Assembly: GCA_030390025.1 (NCBI GenBank)
Contig: JASTWF010000035.1
Location: forward strand, 248,001 to 312,000
Reading direction: 5' to 3'
DNA from: Squalus acanthias
Taxonomy: Eukaryota
Length of the DNA: 64,000 nt
Below the pieces are notes generated by a model. That model searched no databases and was not told the origin of the DNA. It was given only the letters and a program-made list of their open reading frames with translations. Made by a program: the position numbers and the translations under genes. Below, piece by piece: positions 37,882 through 49,700 of this stretch; the first letter of the stretch is position 1; every line of letters starts with the position of its first letter.

Positions 37882-40800
37882 TCAGACCAAGTTCTGTACA
37901 TTTGCCGCCCGTCTCCGAGCGGCTAGCCTAACTCTGTCAGGACTGCGGCAGGCTGCTCCCTGCAGCGTGGCTGTACGGACTCTTACTTCTGGTCCTCCAC
38001 AGCCTGCGACTGTTGGCTGGGGACCTGTGTCTTTTAACCTAACTTTTGCTCGGGAGGTCGCCCCTTTAAACTGGAGAGTCGGCGACCATGCCTTCCTAGG
38101 TTGGGGTGTCCGAGGGGACCTCCTAGGAAGTGCTATAGGTGGGGCTCCCCCGGCGAGTGGACTCTTGCCGTGGGTCGCAGTCCTCGCTGGCTGGGGGCTT
38201 TTCCCCCGTGGCTCCTCCCCTCCCAAGTCTGAGCTGGGGACAGGCAATCCCTCGCTGCCTGCTGCTGTTGGCTGAGAGTCCTCGCCTCCAGAACCTTCAA
38301 AACCTGGGTCGGGGGCGGGGCTATCTGGTTCAGGCTCCTCCTCCTCCCCACCTGAGTCCCAGAAGAGAGGGGGGGTGGTTCGAACAGGGGCCTGGGTGAC
38401 TCCTCCCTCAACGCACGCAACTGTACCTGAGCGTGTTGCCTGTGAGCTGAGACCTGCTGGGAGCTGAGGACTTCTAACCTCGGGTTGGGTCCCAGCCGCC
38501 TGCTTCTTCGCCTCCGGCTTATACAGCTTGCACTGGTTTATGTGAAACCATTTCGTGCGCCGGGGCAATTTTATTGCGTAAACCATGGGGCTGGCTTTAT
38601 CCACTACGCTATAGGGTTCCAACGTTCAGTGGCTCAAAACTCCCCACGCGGGCGTAGTTCCTTACCATTACCAGGTCCCCTATCTCCCATTGATGTGTTT
38701 TATTAGGTGCGAGCAGCAGTCGGTTATTCCGATGCTGCTTCCCCATGCTACCTGCGGCCTGTTCCTAAATCTGTTTCAGGCGCTCAAGGAGCGTTCGGGC
38801 GAATTGGTCCCGGTTTACCTCCCGAAGTTGCCCTTCCGTAAGAACTGGGGCTAGGACGTGAGTGGGGGTCCTCATGACCCTGCCGGTCATGAGCTCGTGC
38901 GGGGAATACCCCGTACTCTTTGACTGACTGGCTCGGATCCCCATGAGGACTAGGGGCAGGACCTCCACCCATTTTTGGGGCGAGTCCATGGTCTCCTTCC
39001 TCAACTTTTCCTTGATGGTGCGGTTCATACGTTCCACAATCCCGGAGGACTGTGGATTGTGGGCCACGTGCCACTTCCCCCGAATACCGAGCAGCATAAG
39101 GGTGTTCTGCATGACTTGGCCGGTGAAGTGGCTTCCCTGGTCGGACTCCACAAACTGGGGTAGTCCCCACCGCGAGAACACCTCCCGTACCAAGATCCTT
39201 GCAGTGCCCAGTGCATGCTGGAACCGTCTACATAGATCTCGAGGCCTGTGGGATGTATCCCGGCCCGCAGACCAATGTTCACCTCCCATACCCCTTCTAT
39301 GGAACACCGATGGGCTGTTCCAGGATATACCATATTGGCTGCGAGCTTGGGCTCGCAAAGGCCCCTCACCCTCAGATCCATCTGGGAAAGGAGGAGGGTC
39401 CAGCGCGCAATGCGTGCACTGCTGACTGTCCCATCTTTAATCCTCCCGTCCAGAAGCATCTGGGTGGGCGTGTGGTGTGTGAGGAGGGTGATGGGAGAGG
39501 TGCCTGTGAAGATCGATGATCTTTTCACAGCCCAGTACGTGGCCAAGAGGTGCCGCTCACAAATTTAGTAGCTCCTCTCCACGTCAGTGAGTACTCTGGA
39601 GGAGTAGACCACGGGCCTCAGCCTGCTGTGTCGCTCCTGGAGCAACACGGCACTGAGGCTGTCCCCGCTGGCTGCTTCCTCCAGAAAGAACTCCCTCCCT
39701 CCATCTATCGCTCCCAGGGCTGGTGCGGTCTGCAGGTCCCTCTTTAGCTGGACAAATGCTGCCTGGCACCCCCCATCCCAAGACCACTCCACTCCCTTAT
39801 GTAGGAGTCGGAGCAGAGGGGCTGCTGTGGCTGCATAATCCTCGATAAAGTCTCTGCAGTACTCCGTTAGCCCTAAGAACGACCTCACACCCCTCACAGT
39901 ACTGGGGACCGGTAGCTCTTGGACCGCTTCCCTCCTTGCCTTATCTATGGCTCTCTCCCCTGCGCGGACGGTCAGGCCCAGGAATTTAAGTTCCCGCTGG
40001 CCGATCTGCGCCTTCTTCGGGTTGACCTTAAACCCTATACTCTGCAGCAGCTCCAGCAATTCGGCCAGTAGCGGGCCATGCTCCCCGACTGAGTCGGTAA
40101 ACAAGAGCAGGTCGTCGACATACTGCACCAACTTGGTGGGCTGACTAAATTCCTTTAAACTATTCGCCATGCACTGGTGGAAGATGCTGGGGCTGTTATG
40201 AAAGCCTTGCGGCAAACAGTTCCACGTGTACTGTTGCCCCTTAAAAGTAAAGGCCAACTTATACTGGTCTTCCCTCCTTAAGGGGATCGACCAAAACCCA
40301 TTCGAAATATCCAGCACCGTGAACGTAGTCGCGGATGCTGGAATGCTTCCGATAAGGTCGGCAAATGCTGCCACCGTGGGGGCACACGCGGGGATATTGC
40401 TGTTTAGCACCCGATAGTCCACCGTGGCTCTCCATGAATTGTCCGGTTTCCTGACCGTCCAAAGCGGAGAATTAACATGAGTGGCTATGGGCCTCAACAC
40501 TCCCTGCTGTACCAGCGAGGATATGGCTATCTCCATATCAGGCTCTGCTTCCCTGGGGAAGTTATACTGCTTCTGGGGCCGGGCCATGGGGTCCCCGTCC
40601 ACCCTGACCTCGAACCCAGTGACCCTCCCGCAGTCATGTTTGTGCGTGGCGAACGCAGCTAGGTGAGCCTGCACGAATGCTTTAAATTCCTCCGGGACAC
40701 CCTCCACCATGAGCCCGAGGTCGTAACCTTCTTTCGGCTTCACAGTACACAGGGTTCCCTTCCCCTCCTTTCCTGGGATTACTACCACGCCGTTCTCCTT

Positions 40801-41190
40801 ACCCGTATCAGCCCCCCAAAGGCAATGATTTCGGAGATCCACGAGGATCCCGTGGCCCACGATGAAGTCGGCCCCTAGGATCCCCTTTCCTCCCTCCGCT
40901 TCCCACCTCGCCAGGACACATGTCCACTTGGTCTGGAGTGGACCCAGGCGGACTGAGAGCGGTTTGGAGAATGCTCCCGCCTGTTCCTTGCCGGTGAACC
41001 CCGATAGAACGTATGGAACCCCGCTAGACAGAGGTGAGGTGGTGGGATTAGCTGCGTGGATTACAGTGCATGATGCCCCCGTATCCAGCAGATAAGTCTC
41101 TTTAACCTTCTCTACCTCTATCTGCACGAGCGGTCTCTTCCATCCATCATACCGGAGAGCACACAGGTAGACAGGCTGCGCGGCCTCCAG
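37882..41190 (-). pseudogene. pol: ERV pol: protease-RT-tether-RNase H (truncated)-integrase (partial) with a long Pro/acidic C-terminal tail
   Basis: LLDTGASCT, ILGADF, DYRVLN, LDISNGFW, YVDD, RPVVYSSRVL, IYVDGSS, ESDQGSHF, NPQSSGIVERMN, PYSVV...WFHINQCK. Stop at 39565-39567, RH/IN deletion near 39215, frameshifts. Confidence 0.9.
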
Positions 41191-43118
41191 TCATTGCGGG
41201 GCGTCGTCAGAGGGGGCTGAGGGAACTGCCACACCGGTAGTGGCGGCTATCTTCCCCTGACCGGCCAGGAGAACCCGCAGTGATTCTAGAATGCTCTCTA
41301 CTGTGGGGGTCCCAGTGTCTACCTTTGGGCCTGGAGCTGTGGAGCTCTTTCCCTTGGTGTCCTTCCAGGGGTTTTTGCAATCTTTGCGCCAGTGGCCATC
41401 CTTCCCACAGCCATAGCAGTTTAACTTATTCTGGGAGGGACGGTTTCCCTCCTGGTGCCACTCTTTCTTATTCTGGCCCCCAGGTTTAACCTCGTGGACT
41501 TTCCCTTTGGGCTGGGGCGTCTCAATTCCCCTCCCGTTATTTCTAAATGCTACCGTGAGCTGGCGGATCACCGTTTCTTCGGTGGTCTGGGGGTTTCGGG
41601 GGTCAAACCAGGCCGCAGCCTGGGCTCGGATTTGGGGCAGGCAGTTTGTCATGAGACAACGGAGCCAGTGGGCCGATTGGTCTCTGTTTAGGAACGTCCG
41701 CACTGGCGTTCCCGGGCACGCGCTCTGGTAGACTGGCCACAGCCTGTCTGCGAATGCCTGCGGGGACTCCCCGGGGAGCTGTACCGTTTTTTCCACTCGG
41801 GCGAACGGACTCCCATCATTTAGTCCCATGGCCTCCAATATCTCATCCCTTAACTCCTCGTAATCTTTCTGTCCCTTCTTACACTCATCCGATCGGGTTT
41901 GGAGGAGATCACTACCCAGAGAGAACAGCAGCATTTTTGCTTGTTCTGCCTCATCGCAGTCATTCACGCACGCTGCCTGTTCTATCTCCCGGAAATGTAG
42001 AGAGGGGTCCCCCCTCACTGTGAGCTTAGGGATTGTCCAACCATGGCTCTGAGCTGTTGGGTACCATGCGGCACTACAAACTGGTTCTGGATGGCCCCTA
42101 GGTCCTCGCCATCGGCTGGCGGGCCGTACCTCCGTTGTTTGAGGGGGTGCACTGGTCCCGGACCCGGTCTATCCCCTAGGGCCTGCTGGGTCTCCCCTAA
42201 TGCTCCATCCTCCACCCACCCCTGCTGCCAGGCCTCCTGAAAACTCGGGGCTATTGGTGGCGGTCGTGAAACCTCTGATTCCCTAACCAGTGCCTTTCTG
42301 GGAGCTGCCTGTGGGACTTCCCTGCTTGGGTTGCCGGTAAAATCCAACTGGCCCGTCTTCGGGCTAATGAGGCATACCATGCCCTTCGCCCTTACTAAAG
42401 CCATGCCCAAGCTTTCTATTTCTTGCCTACAGGGCCCGTGATCGGCGTCTTCAAACCCCTGGGCACAAGCCAGCTTATATGCTGCTTTTACTTCGCCTAC
42501 TTTCTCCTCCTGCTCTTTCAATTCTTGCGTGAGGCTGGAAATCTTGTCCATTAATCTAACCTCACTACCTCTCGCCTCTCTGACCTGGTATTCCAGGTGT
42601 TCCATCCTGTACCTAGCGCTACCTTTGAGCTCAGTGATCCGGTCTTCCAGGCGCTCTGACTTTGCCTGGTGTTCCCTTTGAGCTTCAATGGCCCGGGCCC
42701 TCATACGCTCTAACTCAGCCTGATGGTCACGTGCCGTCTGTGCCCTCTCTTGGCTTACTGCCTTGAGGGCTGCGATTACTTTCTCCTCCGCTGCAGTCTT
42801 TTCCTGCAGCTCTCGGGTCAACTGTTTGATCTTGGCTGCTCGTGTTGCAACAGCACGGTCTAACATTAAAACCTGCTTTTTCAAACACATGAGCCAGACC
42901 GCCTTTTCAATACCTCTCCTGTACTCTTTACTTGCTGTCAACTGGGCAGCTGCATCTAGGGGGCGCTCGGCTTTTAACATATTGCACACCCATTTTTTTG
43001 TGATATTTACTTTGCCGCATACATAGGTCGATAACCTATGCTCCATTTCGGATTCCTCCTCCGCAACACAGTCTGCCTGATCACACGCTTTCACCTGGGC
43101 TCCTGGCTGGCTCGCCAT
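41191..43118 (-). pseudogene. gag: ERV gag (N-terminal coiled coil, capsid, one CCHC zinc knuckle), split by a 1-bp deletion near 42037
   Basis: ORFs 42015-43118 and 41191-42018 join as ...MVGQIPKLTVRGDPSLHF if one A is restored; CYGCGKDGHWRKDC knuckle. Confidence 0.85.
43100..43117 (-). promoter_or_regulatory. Primer-binding site, tRNA-Arg(ACG); overlaps the gag ATG
   Basis: TGGCGAGCCAGCCAGGAG, 18/18 complementary to the recalled vertebrate tRNA-Arg-ACG 3' end CTCCTGGCTGGCTCGCCA. Confidence 0.85.
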
Positions 43119-43121
43119 TTC

Positions 43122-44146
43122 TGTAAGGGGTTTTTGTCTCGGACTTATTTGTAGGTCAGCCAGTTATGTTTTCCTGGACTTTCTGCCCACTGTGCGGTTG
43201 CGAATCGCTATCCCCTTCCTAGTTCTGAGCTCAGGACTTATCGAGCGTCGATAAGGACAAACGAACAGACCCGTGGATTGGTGCGAGGAAAACCAATGTT
43301 TATTTACAGAAGTAAAACTACAGAGAAACAGTATCATATGAAGACGGTTTTACACTTAGCATGGGAAGAGAATGGACATATCGAGGGAAAATCCTAAAAT
43401 TACAATTTATAGCAATATCCCCATTAATCCCCACCCTTATGCCTAACTAAAATTGTCTTGCGACAGCCAGAAGAAAGATAATGCTCACCAGTGAAATGGA
43501 TGGAAAAACCTGGCCCGGTGCTCTGTTACTGCCGTCGACACGTGGCTCTGAAGTTTCTGCGAGTCTTCTTTCTTAGCTGCTGGCAGACAGAGCGAACCGA
43601 GGGTCCAGGCAGAGAGAGCGAGAGAATGGCTGGGTCTTCCCAGTTATACCCACTCCGTTCGCTCTAATCTTCCCACCGATCAGCACATTTCTATTGTCTG
43701 ATCTGGGCATGATGAATTTTAACAAAAGGTACTGGTCTCGGCCCATCATGCTAGATGGCCGGTAATGGTGTGATACCAGTTCTTCAACTGCCACCCTATT
43801 GTTCGACAGGTTGGATGATTGTCCAGAACAGTTCCGTTGATGGGCCCAGCGCCGTCTCAATGTCTCCGCTGATTACTTGAGCAAACACCTTGAAAGCCTT
43901 ATGCATAGACCTGATTGTAATGCATAAGGAAAGGTCCTGTCCTGTTGCAGACATCGGAATACACAAGCTGATAGCTTCCCAGCGTCTGAAATGAAACTGC
44001 CAGGCTCTCGGTCACGAGGCCCGACCGTGGCCATTTTATGCCCTGGATTTTAAAACTCAGTCTGACCAGGGTTTCTTTATTAATAAGTCCAACAACAAAA
44101 ATCTTCGGGGGGGGGGGGAACACATGAAATTTTACGAATCCTTTCA
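43122..44146 (-). repeat. ERV 5' LTR (1025 bp)
   Basis: Element-sense TGAAAGG...CCTTACA; TATAA near 43645, TGGTGAGCAT at 43481-43490, AATAAA at 43299-43304; CR1 sequence resumes at 44147. Confidence 0.85.
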
Positions 44147-46272
44147 TGAGAGTAAACTAGCGAGAGACATAAAAACAGATTGTAAAAGCTTCTATAGGTA
44201 TGTAAAAAGGAAAAGATTAGTGAAAGTAAATGTGGGTCCCTTACAGGCTCAGGCAGGAGAAATTATAATGGGGAATAAGGAAATGGCAGTGAAATTAAAC
44301 AAATACTTTGTGTCTGTCTTTACGGAAGAATACGCAAAAAACTTCCCGGAAATAGTGGAGAACCAAGGGTCTAGCGAGAATGAGGAACTGAAAGAAATTA
44401 GTATTAGTAAAAAAGTACTGGAGAAATTAACGGGACTGAAAGCCAATAAATCCCCTGGACCTGATGGCCTACATCCTAGGGTTTTGGAAGAGGTGGCTAT
44501 AGAGATAGTGGATGCATTGGTTGTCATCTTCCAAAATTCCATAGATCTAGAACGGTTCCTGCGGATTGGAAGCTAGCAAATGTAACCCCACTATTTAAGA
44601 AAGGAGGGAGAGAGAAAACGGGGAACTGCAGACCAGTTAGCCTGACATCAGTAGCAGGGAAAATGCTAGAATCTATTATTAAGGATGTGGTAAGAGGGCA
44701 CTTAGAAAATAATAATTAGATTGGGCAGAGTCAACACGCAATTATGAAAGGGAAATAGTGTTTGACGAATCTGATAGAGTTTTTTGAGGTTGCAACTAGC
44801 AGAATAGATAAGGGGGAACCAATGGATGTGGTGTATTTGGATTTTCAGAAGGCATTTGATAAGGTGCCACACAAGAGGTTATTAAACAAAATTAGGGCTC
44901 ATGGGATTGGGGGTAATATACTAGCATGGATTGAGGATTGGTTAACGGACAGAAAACAGAGAGTAGGAATAAACGGGTCATTTTCGGGTTGGCAGGTGAG
45001 GTACCGCAAGGATCAGTGCTTGGGCCTCAGCTATTCACAATCTATATCAATGATTTGAATGAGGGGACCAAATAGAAACATAGAAACATAGAAACATAGA
45101 AAATAGGTACAGGAGTAGACCATTCGGTCCTTCGAGCCTGCACCGCCATTCAATGCGTTCATGGCTGAACATGCTACCTCAGTACCCCATTCCTGCTTTC
45201 TCGCCATACCCCTTGATCCCCTTAGTTGTGAGTGTTATATCTAACTCCCTTTTGAATATATTTAGCGAACTGGCCTCAACAACCTTCTGTGGAAGAGAAT
45301 TCCATAGATTCACCACTCTCTGGGTGAAGAATGTAATATATCCAAGTTTGCTGCTGATACAAAGCTGGGTGGGAATGTAAGTTGTGAGGAGGATGCAAGG
45401 AGGCTTCAAGGGGATATAGACAGGCTAAGCAAGTGAGCAAGAACATGGCGAATGGAATATAATGTGGAGAAATATGAAGTTATCCACTTTGTTAGGAAAA
45501 TTAGAAAAGCAGAGTATTTTTTAAATGGTGAGAGATTGGGAAATGTTGGTGTTCAGAGGGACCTGGGTGTCCTTGTACACGAATCACTGAAAGTTAACAT
45601 GCAGGTACAGCAAACAATTAGGAAAGCAAATGGTATGTTGACCTTTATTACAAGAGGATTTGATTATAAGAGTAAAGACATCTTACTGCAATTATATAGG
45701 GCCCTGGTGAGACCACACCTGGAGTATTGTGTACAGTTTTGGTCTCCTTACCTAAAGAAGGATATACTTGCCATAGAGGGAGTGCAACGAAGGTTCACCA
45801 GACTGATTCCTGGGATGGGGGGATTGTCCTATGAGGAGAGATTGAGTAGACTAGGCCTATATTCCCTAGAGTTTAGAAGAATGAGAGGTGATCTCATTGA
45901 AACACAAAATTCTTACAGGGCTTGACAGGGTAAATGCAGGGAGGATATTTCCCCTGACTGGGGAGTCTAGAACCAGGGGTCACAGTCTCAGAACAAGGGG
46001 TCGGCCATTTAGGACTGAGATGAGGAGAAATTTCTTCACTCAGAGGGTGATGAATCTTTGGAATTCTCTGCCCCAGAGGGCTGTGGAGGCTCAGTCGTTG
46101 AGTATATTCAAGACAGAGATCGATAGATTTTTGAATATTAAGGGAATCAAGGGATATGGGGATAGTGCAGGAAAGTGGAGTTGAGGTAGAAGATCAGCCA
46201 TGATCTTATTGAATGGCGGAACAGACTCGAGGAGCCGAATGGCCTACTCCTGCTCCTATTTCTTATGTTCTT
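44147..46272 (+). mobile_element. CR1 ORF2 3' two-thirds + tail, with an inverted CR1 3' end inserted at ~45073-45330
   Basis: KSPGPDGLHP, DVVYLDFQKAFDKVPH, LYRALVRPHLEYC; (AGAAACAT)n tail of the inserted copy at 45073-45100. Confidence 0.92.
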
Positions 46273-46534
46273 AAACAAACAAATTATTAAGTTGCACACG
46301 GCAAGGTCAGACCTGCTCTATAACGTATTACTTACTAGATTTGATTGAGAAAAGAATGTGCTCGGCGTAGAGCCAAGCAATCAGGAAATGATCAGAAGAC
46401 TGTTTGAATACAATGCTGGTCTTGCAAGCGACGCCTATAATCTGAGAATTTTTTTAAAAAGACTATCGGAAAACAGACATACAGTCCCCACAGTGCTGTA
46501 TCAGGGATGTTTTACAGCAGGATTTGTTATAGAA

Positions 46535-46705
46535 GAAAGAAAGAAAGACTTTACAAAGCGCTTTACAGCCAATGAAGTACTTTTTGAAGAGTAGTCACTG
46601 TTGTAATGTGGGAAACGCGACAGTCAATTTGTGCACAGCAATGTGATAATGACCAGATAATCTGTTTTTGTTATGTTTGAGGGGTAGATATTGGCCAGGA
46701 CATAT
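46535..46705 (-). mobile_element. Deu-domain SINE fragment
   Basis: aaagcgctttacagccaatgaagtact...tgtgataatgaccagataatctg...tattggccagga; homologous to 29878-30070. Confidence 0.7.
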
Positions 46706-46713
46706 ATAGGAAA

Positions 46714-49700
46714 GGTGTGTTGTAGCGGAGGGGAGTGTTGCAGAGGAGGGGAGTGTTGTAGAGGAGGGGAGTGTTGTAGAGGAGGGAGGTGTTGTAGAGG
46801 AGGGAGGTGTTGTAGAGGAGGGAGGTGTTGTAGCGGAGGGAGGTGCTGTAGCGGAGGGAGGTGTTGTAGCGGAGGGAGGTGTTGTAGAGGAGGGAGTGTT
46901 GTAGAGGAGGGAGTGTTGTAGAGGAGGGAGTGTTGTAGAGGAGGGAGTGTTGTAGAGGAGGGAGTGTTGTAGATGAGGGAGTGTTGTAGAGGAGGGAGTG
47001 TTGTAGAGGAGGGAGTGTTGTAGAGGAGGGAGTGTTGTAGAGGAGGGAGTGTTGTAGAGGAGGGAGGTGTTGTAGAGGAGTGGAGTGTTGTAGAGGAGGA
47101 AGTGTTGCAGAGTGGAGTGTTGTAGAGGAGGGAGGTGTTGTGGAGGAGGGAAGTGTTGTGGAGGAGGGAGGTGTTGTGGCGGAGGGAGGTGATGTAGCGG
47201 AGGGAGGTGTTGTAGCGGAGGGAGGTGTTGTAGAGGAGGGAGGTGTTGTAGAGGAGGGAGGTGTTGTAGAGGAGGGAAGTGTTCCAGAGGAGGAAGGTGT
47301 AGAGGAGGGAGGTGTAGAGGAGGGAGGTGTAGAGGAGGGAGGTGTAGAGGAGGGAGGTGTAGAGGAGGGAGGTGTAGAGGAGGGAAGTGTTGTAGAGGAG
47401 GGAGTGTTGTAGAGGAGGGAGTGTTGTAGAGGAGGGAGTGTTGTAGAGGAGGGAGTGTTGTAGAGGAGGGATTGTTGTAGAGGAGGGAGTGTTGTAGAGG
47501 AGAGAAGTGTTGCAGCGGAGGGAGTGTTGTAGAGGAGGGAGGTGTTGCAGAGGAGGGAGTTTTGCAGCGGAGGAAGTGTTGCAGCGGAGGGAGTGTTGCA
47601 GAGGAAGGAGTGTTGTAGCGGAGGGAGGTGTTGTAGAGGAGGGAGTGTTGCAGCGGAGGGAGTGTTGCAGCGGAGGGAGTGTTGCAGAGGAGGGAGTGTT
47701 GCAGCGGAGGGAGTATTGCAGAGGAGGGAGTGTTGCTGAGGAGGGAGTGTTGCAGAGGAGGGAGGTGTTGTAGAGGAGGGAGTGGTAGAGGAGGGAGGTG
47801 TTGTAGAGGTGGGAGTGTTGTAGAGGAGGGAGTGTTGTGGAGGAGGGAGTGTTGTAGAGGAGGGAGTGTTGTGGAGGAGGGAGTGTTGTGGAGGAGGGAG
47901 TGTTGTGGAGGAGGGAATGTTGTAGAGGAGTGAGTGTTGCAGAGGAGGGAGTGTTGTAGAGGAGGGAGTGTTGTAGAGGAGGCAGTGTTGTAGAGGAGGG
48001 AATGTTGTAGAGGAGTGAGTGTTGTAGAGGAGGGAGTGTTGTAGAGGAGGGAGTGTTGTAGCGGAGGGAGGTGTAGCGGAGGGAGTGTTGTAGAGGAGGG
48101 AGTCGTAGAGGAGGGAGTATTGTAGAGGAGGGAGTGTTGTAGAGGAGGGAGTGTTGTAGAGGAGGGAGTGTTGTAGAGGAGGGAGGTGTTGTAGAGGAGT
48201 GGAGTGTTGTAGAGGAGGAAGTGTTGCAGAGTGGAGTGTTGTAGAGGAGGGAGGTGTTGTGGAGGAGGGAGGTGTTGTGGAGGAGGGAGGTTTTGTGGAG
48301 CAGGGAGGTGTTGTGGCGGAGGGAGGTGATGTAGCGGAGGGAGGTGTTGTAGCGGAGGGAGGTGTTGTAGAGGAGGGAGGTGTTGTAGAGCAGGGAGGTG
48401 TTGTGGAGGAGGGAAGTGTTCCACAGGAGGAAGGTGTAGAGGAGGGAGGTGTAGAGGAGGGAGGTGTAGAGGAGGGAGGTGTAGAGGAGGGAGGTGTAGA
48501 GGAGGGAGGTGTAGAGGAGGGAAGTGTTGTAGAGGAGGTAGTGTTGTAGAGGAGGGAGTGTTGTAGAGGAGGGAGTGTTGTAGAGGAGGGAGTGTTGTAG
48601 AGGAGAGATTGTTGTAGAGGAGGTAGTGTTGTAGAGGAGAGAAGTGTTGCAGCGGAGGGAGTGTTGTAGAGGAGGGAGGTGTTGCAGAGGAGGGAGCGTT
48701 GCAGCGGAGGAAGTGTTGCAGCGGAGGGAGTGTTGCAGAGGAAGCAGTGTTGTAGCGGAGGGAGGTGTTGTAGAGGAGGGAGTGTTGTAGAGGAGTGAGT
48801 ATTGCAGAGGAGGGAGTGTTGCTGAGGAGGGAGTGTTGTCGAGGAGGGAGTGTTGTAGAGGAGGGAGTGTTGTGGAGGAGGGAGTGTTGTAGAGGAGGGA
48901 GTGTTGTCGAGGAGGGAGTGTTGTGGAGGAGGGAGTGTTGTAGAGGAGGGAGTGTTGTAGAGGAGGGAGTGTTGTAGAGGAGTGAGTATTGCAGAGGAGG
49001 GAGTGTTGCTGAGGAGGGAGTGTTGTCGAGGAGGGAGTGTTGTAGAGGAGGGAGTGTTGTGGAGGAGGGAGTGTTGTAGAGGAGGGAGTGTTGTCGAGGA
49101 GGGAGTGTTGTGGAGGAGGGAGTGTTGTAGAGGAGGGAGTGTTGTAGAGGAGGGAGTGTTGTAGAGGAGGGAGTGTTTTAGAGGAGGGAATGTTGTAGAG
49201 GAGGGAGTGTTGTAGAGGAGGGAGTGTTGTAGAGGAGGGAGTGTTGTAGCGGAGGGAGGCGTTGTAGAGGAGGGAGTGTTGCAGCGGAGGGAGTGTTGTA
49301 GCGGAGGGAGGTGTAGCGGAGGGAGTGTTGTAGAGGAGGGAGTGTTGTAGAGGGTGGAGTGTTGTAGAGGAGGGAGTGTTGTAGAGGAGGGAGTGTTGTA
49401 GAGGAGGGAGTGTTGTAGAGGAGGGAGTGTTGTAGAGGAGGGAGGTGTTGTAGAGGAGGGAGTGTTGCAGCGGAGGGAGTGTTGTAGCGGAGGGAGGTGT
49501 AGCGGAGGGAGTGTTGTAGAGGAGGGAGTGGTAGAGGAGGGAGTGTTGCAGAGGAGGGAGGTGTAGAGGAGGGAGTGTTGTAGAGGAGGGAGGTGTAGAG
49601 GAGGGAGTGTTGTAGAGGAGGGAGTGTTGTAGAGGAGGGAGTGTTGTAGAGGAGGGAGGTGTTGTAGAGGAGGGAGGGGTTGTAGAGGAGGGAGTGTTGT

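Larger units (their letters stand above)
37272..44146 (-). mobile_element. Endogenous retrovirus, lokiretrovirus-like; 5' LTR-gag-pol-start of a downstream ORF, 3' end lost
   Basis: 5' LTR 43122-44146, 18-nt tRNA-Arg PBS, gag with CCHC knuckle, retroviral-type RT (LPQGFHNSP, YVDDLLL), tether + second RNase H (IYVDGSS), integrase. Confidence 0.88.

Noticed and set aside
26393..44146. Pairing the 26393 and 43122 LTRs as one provirus that captured a host exon
   Set aside because: They share only ~185 bp, and the 26393 LTR has its own TSD (AGGG), so it is an independent solo LTR.
46273..46535. Candidate location for the missing last RDH exon
   Set aside because: No acceptor followed by a (T/S)PxxGA-like reading frame could be found.
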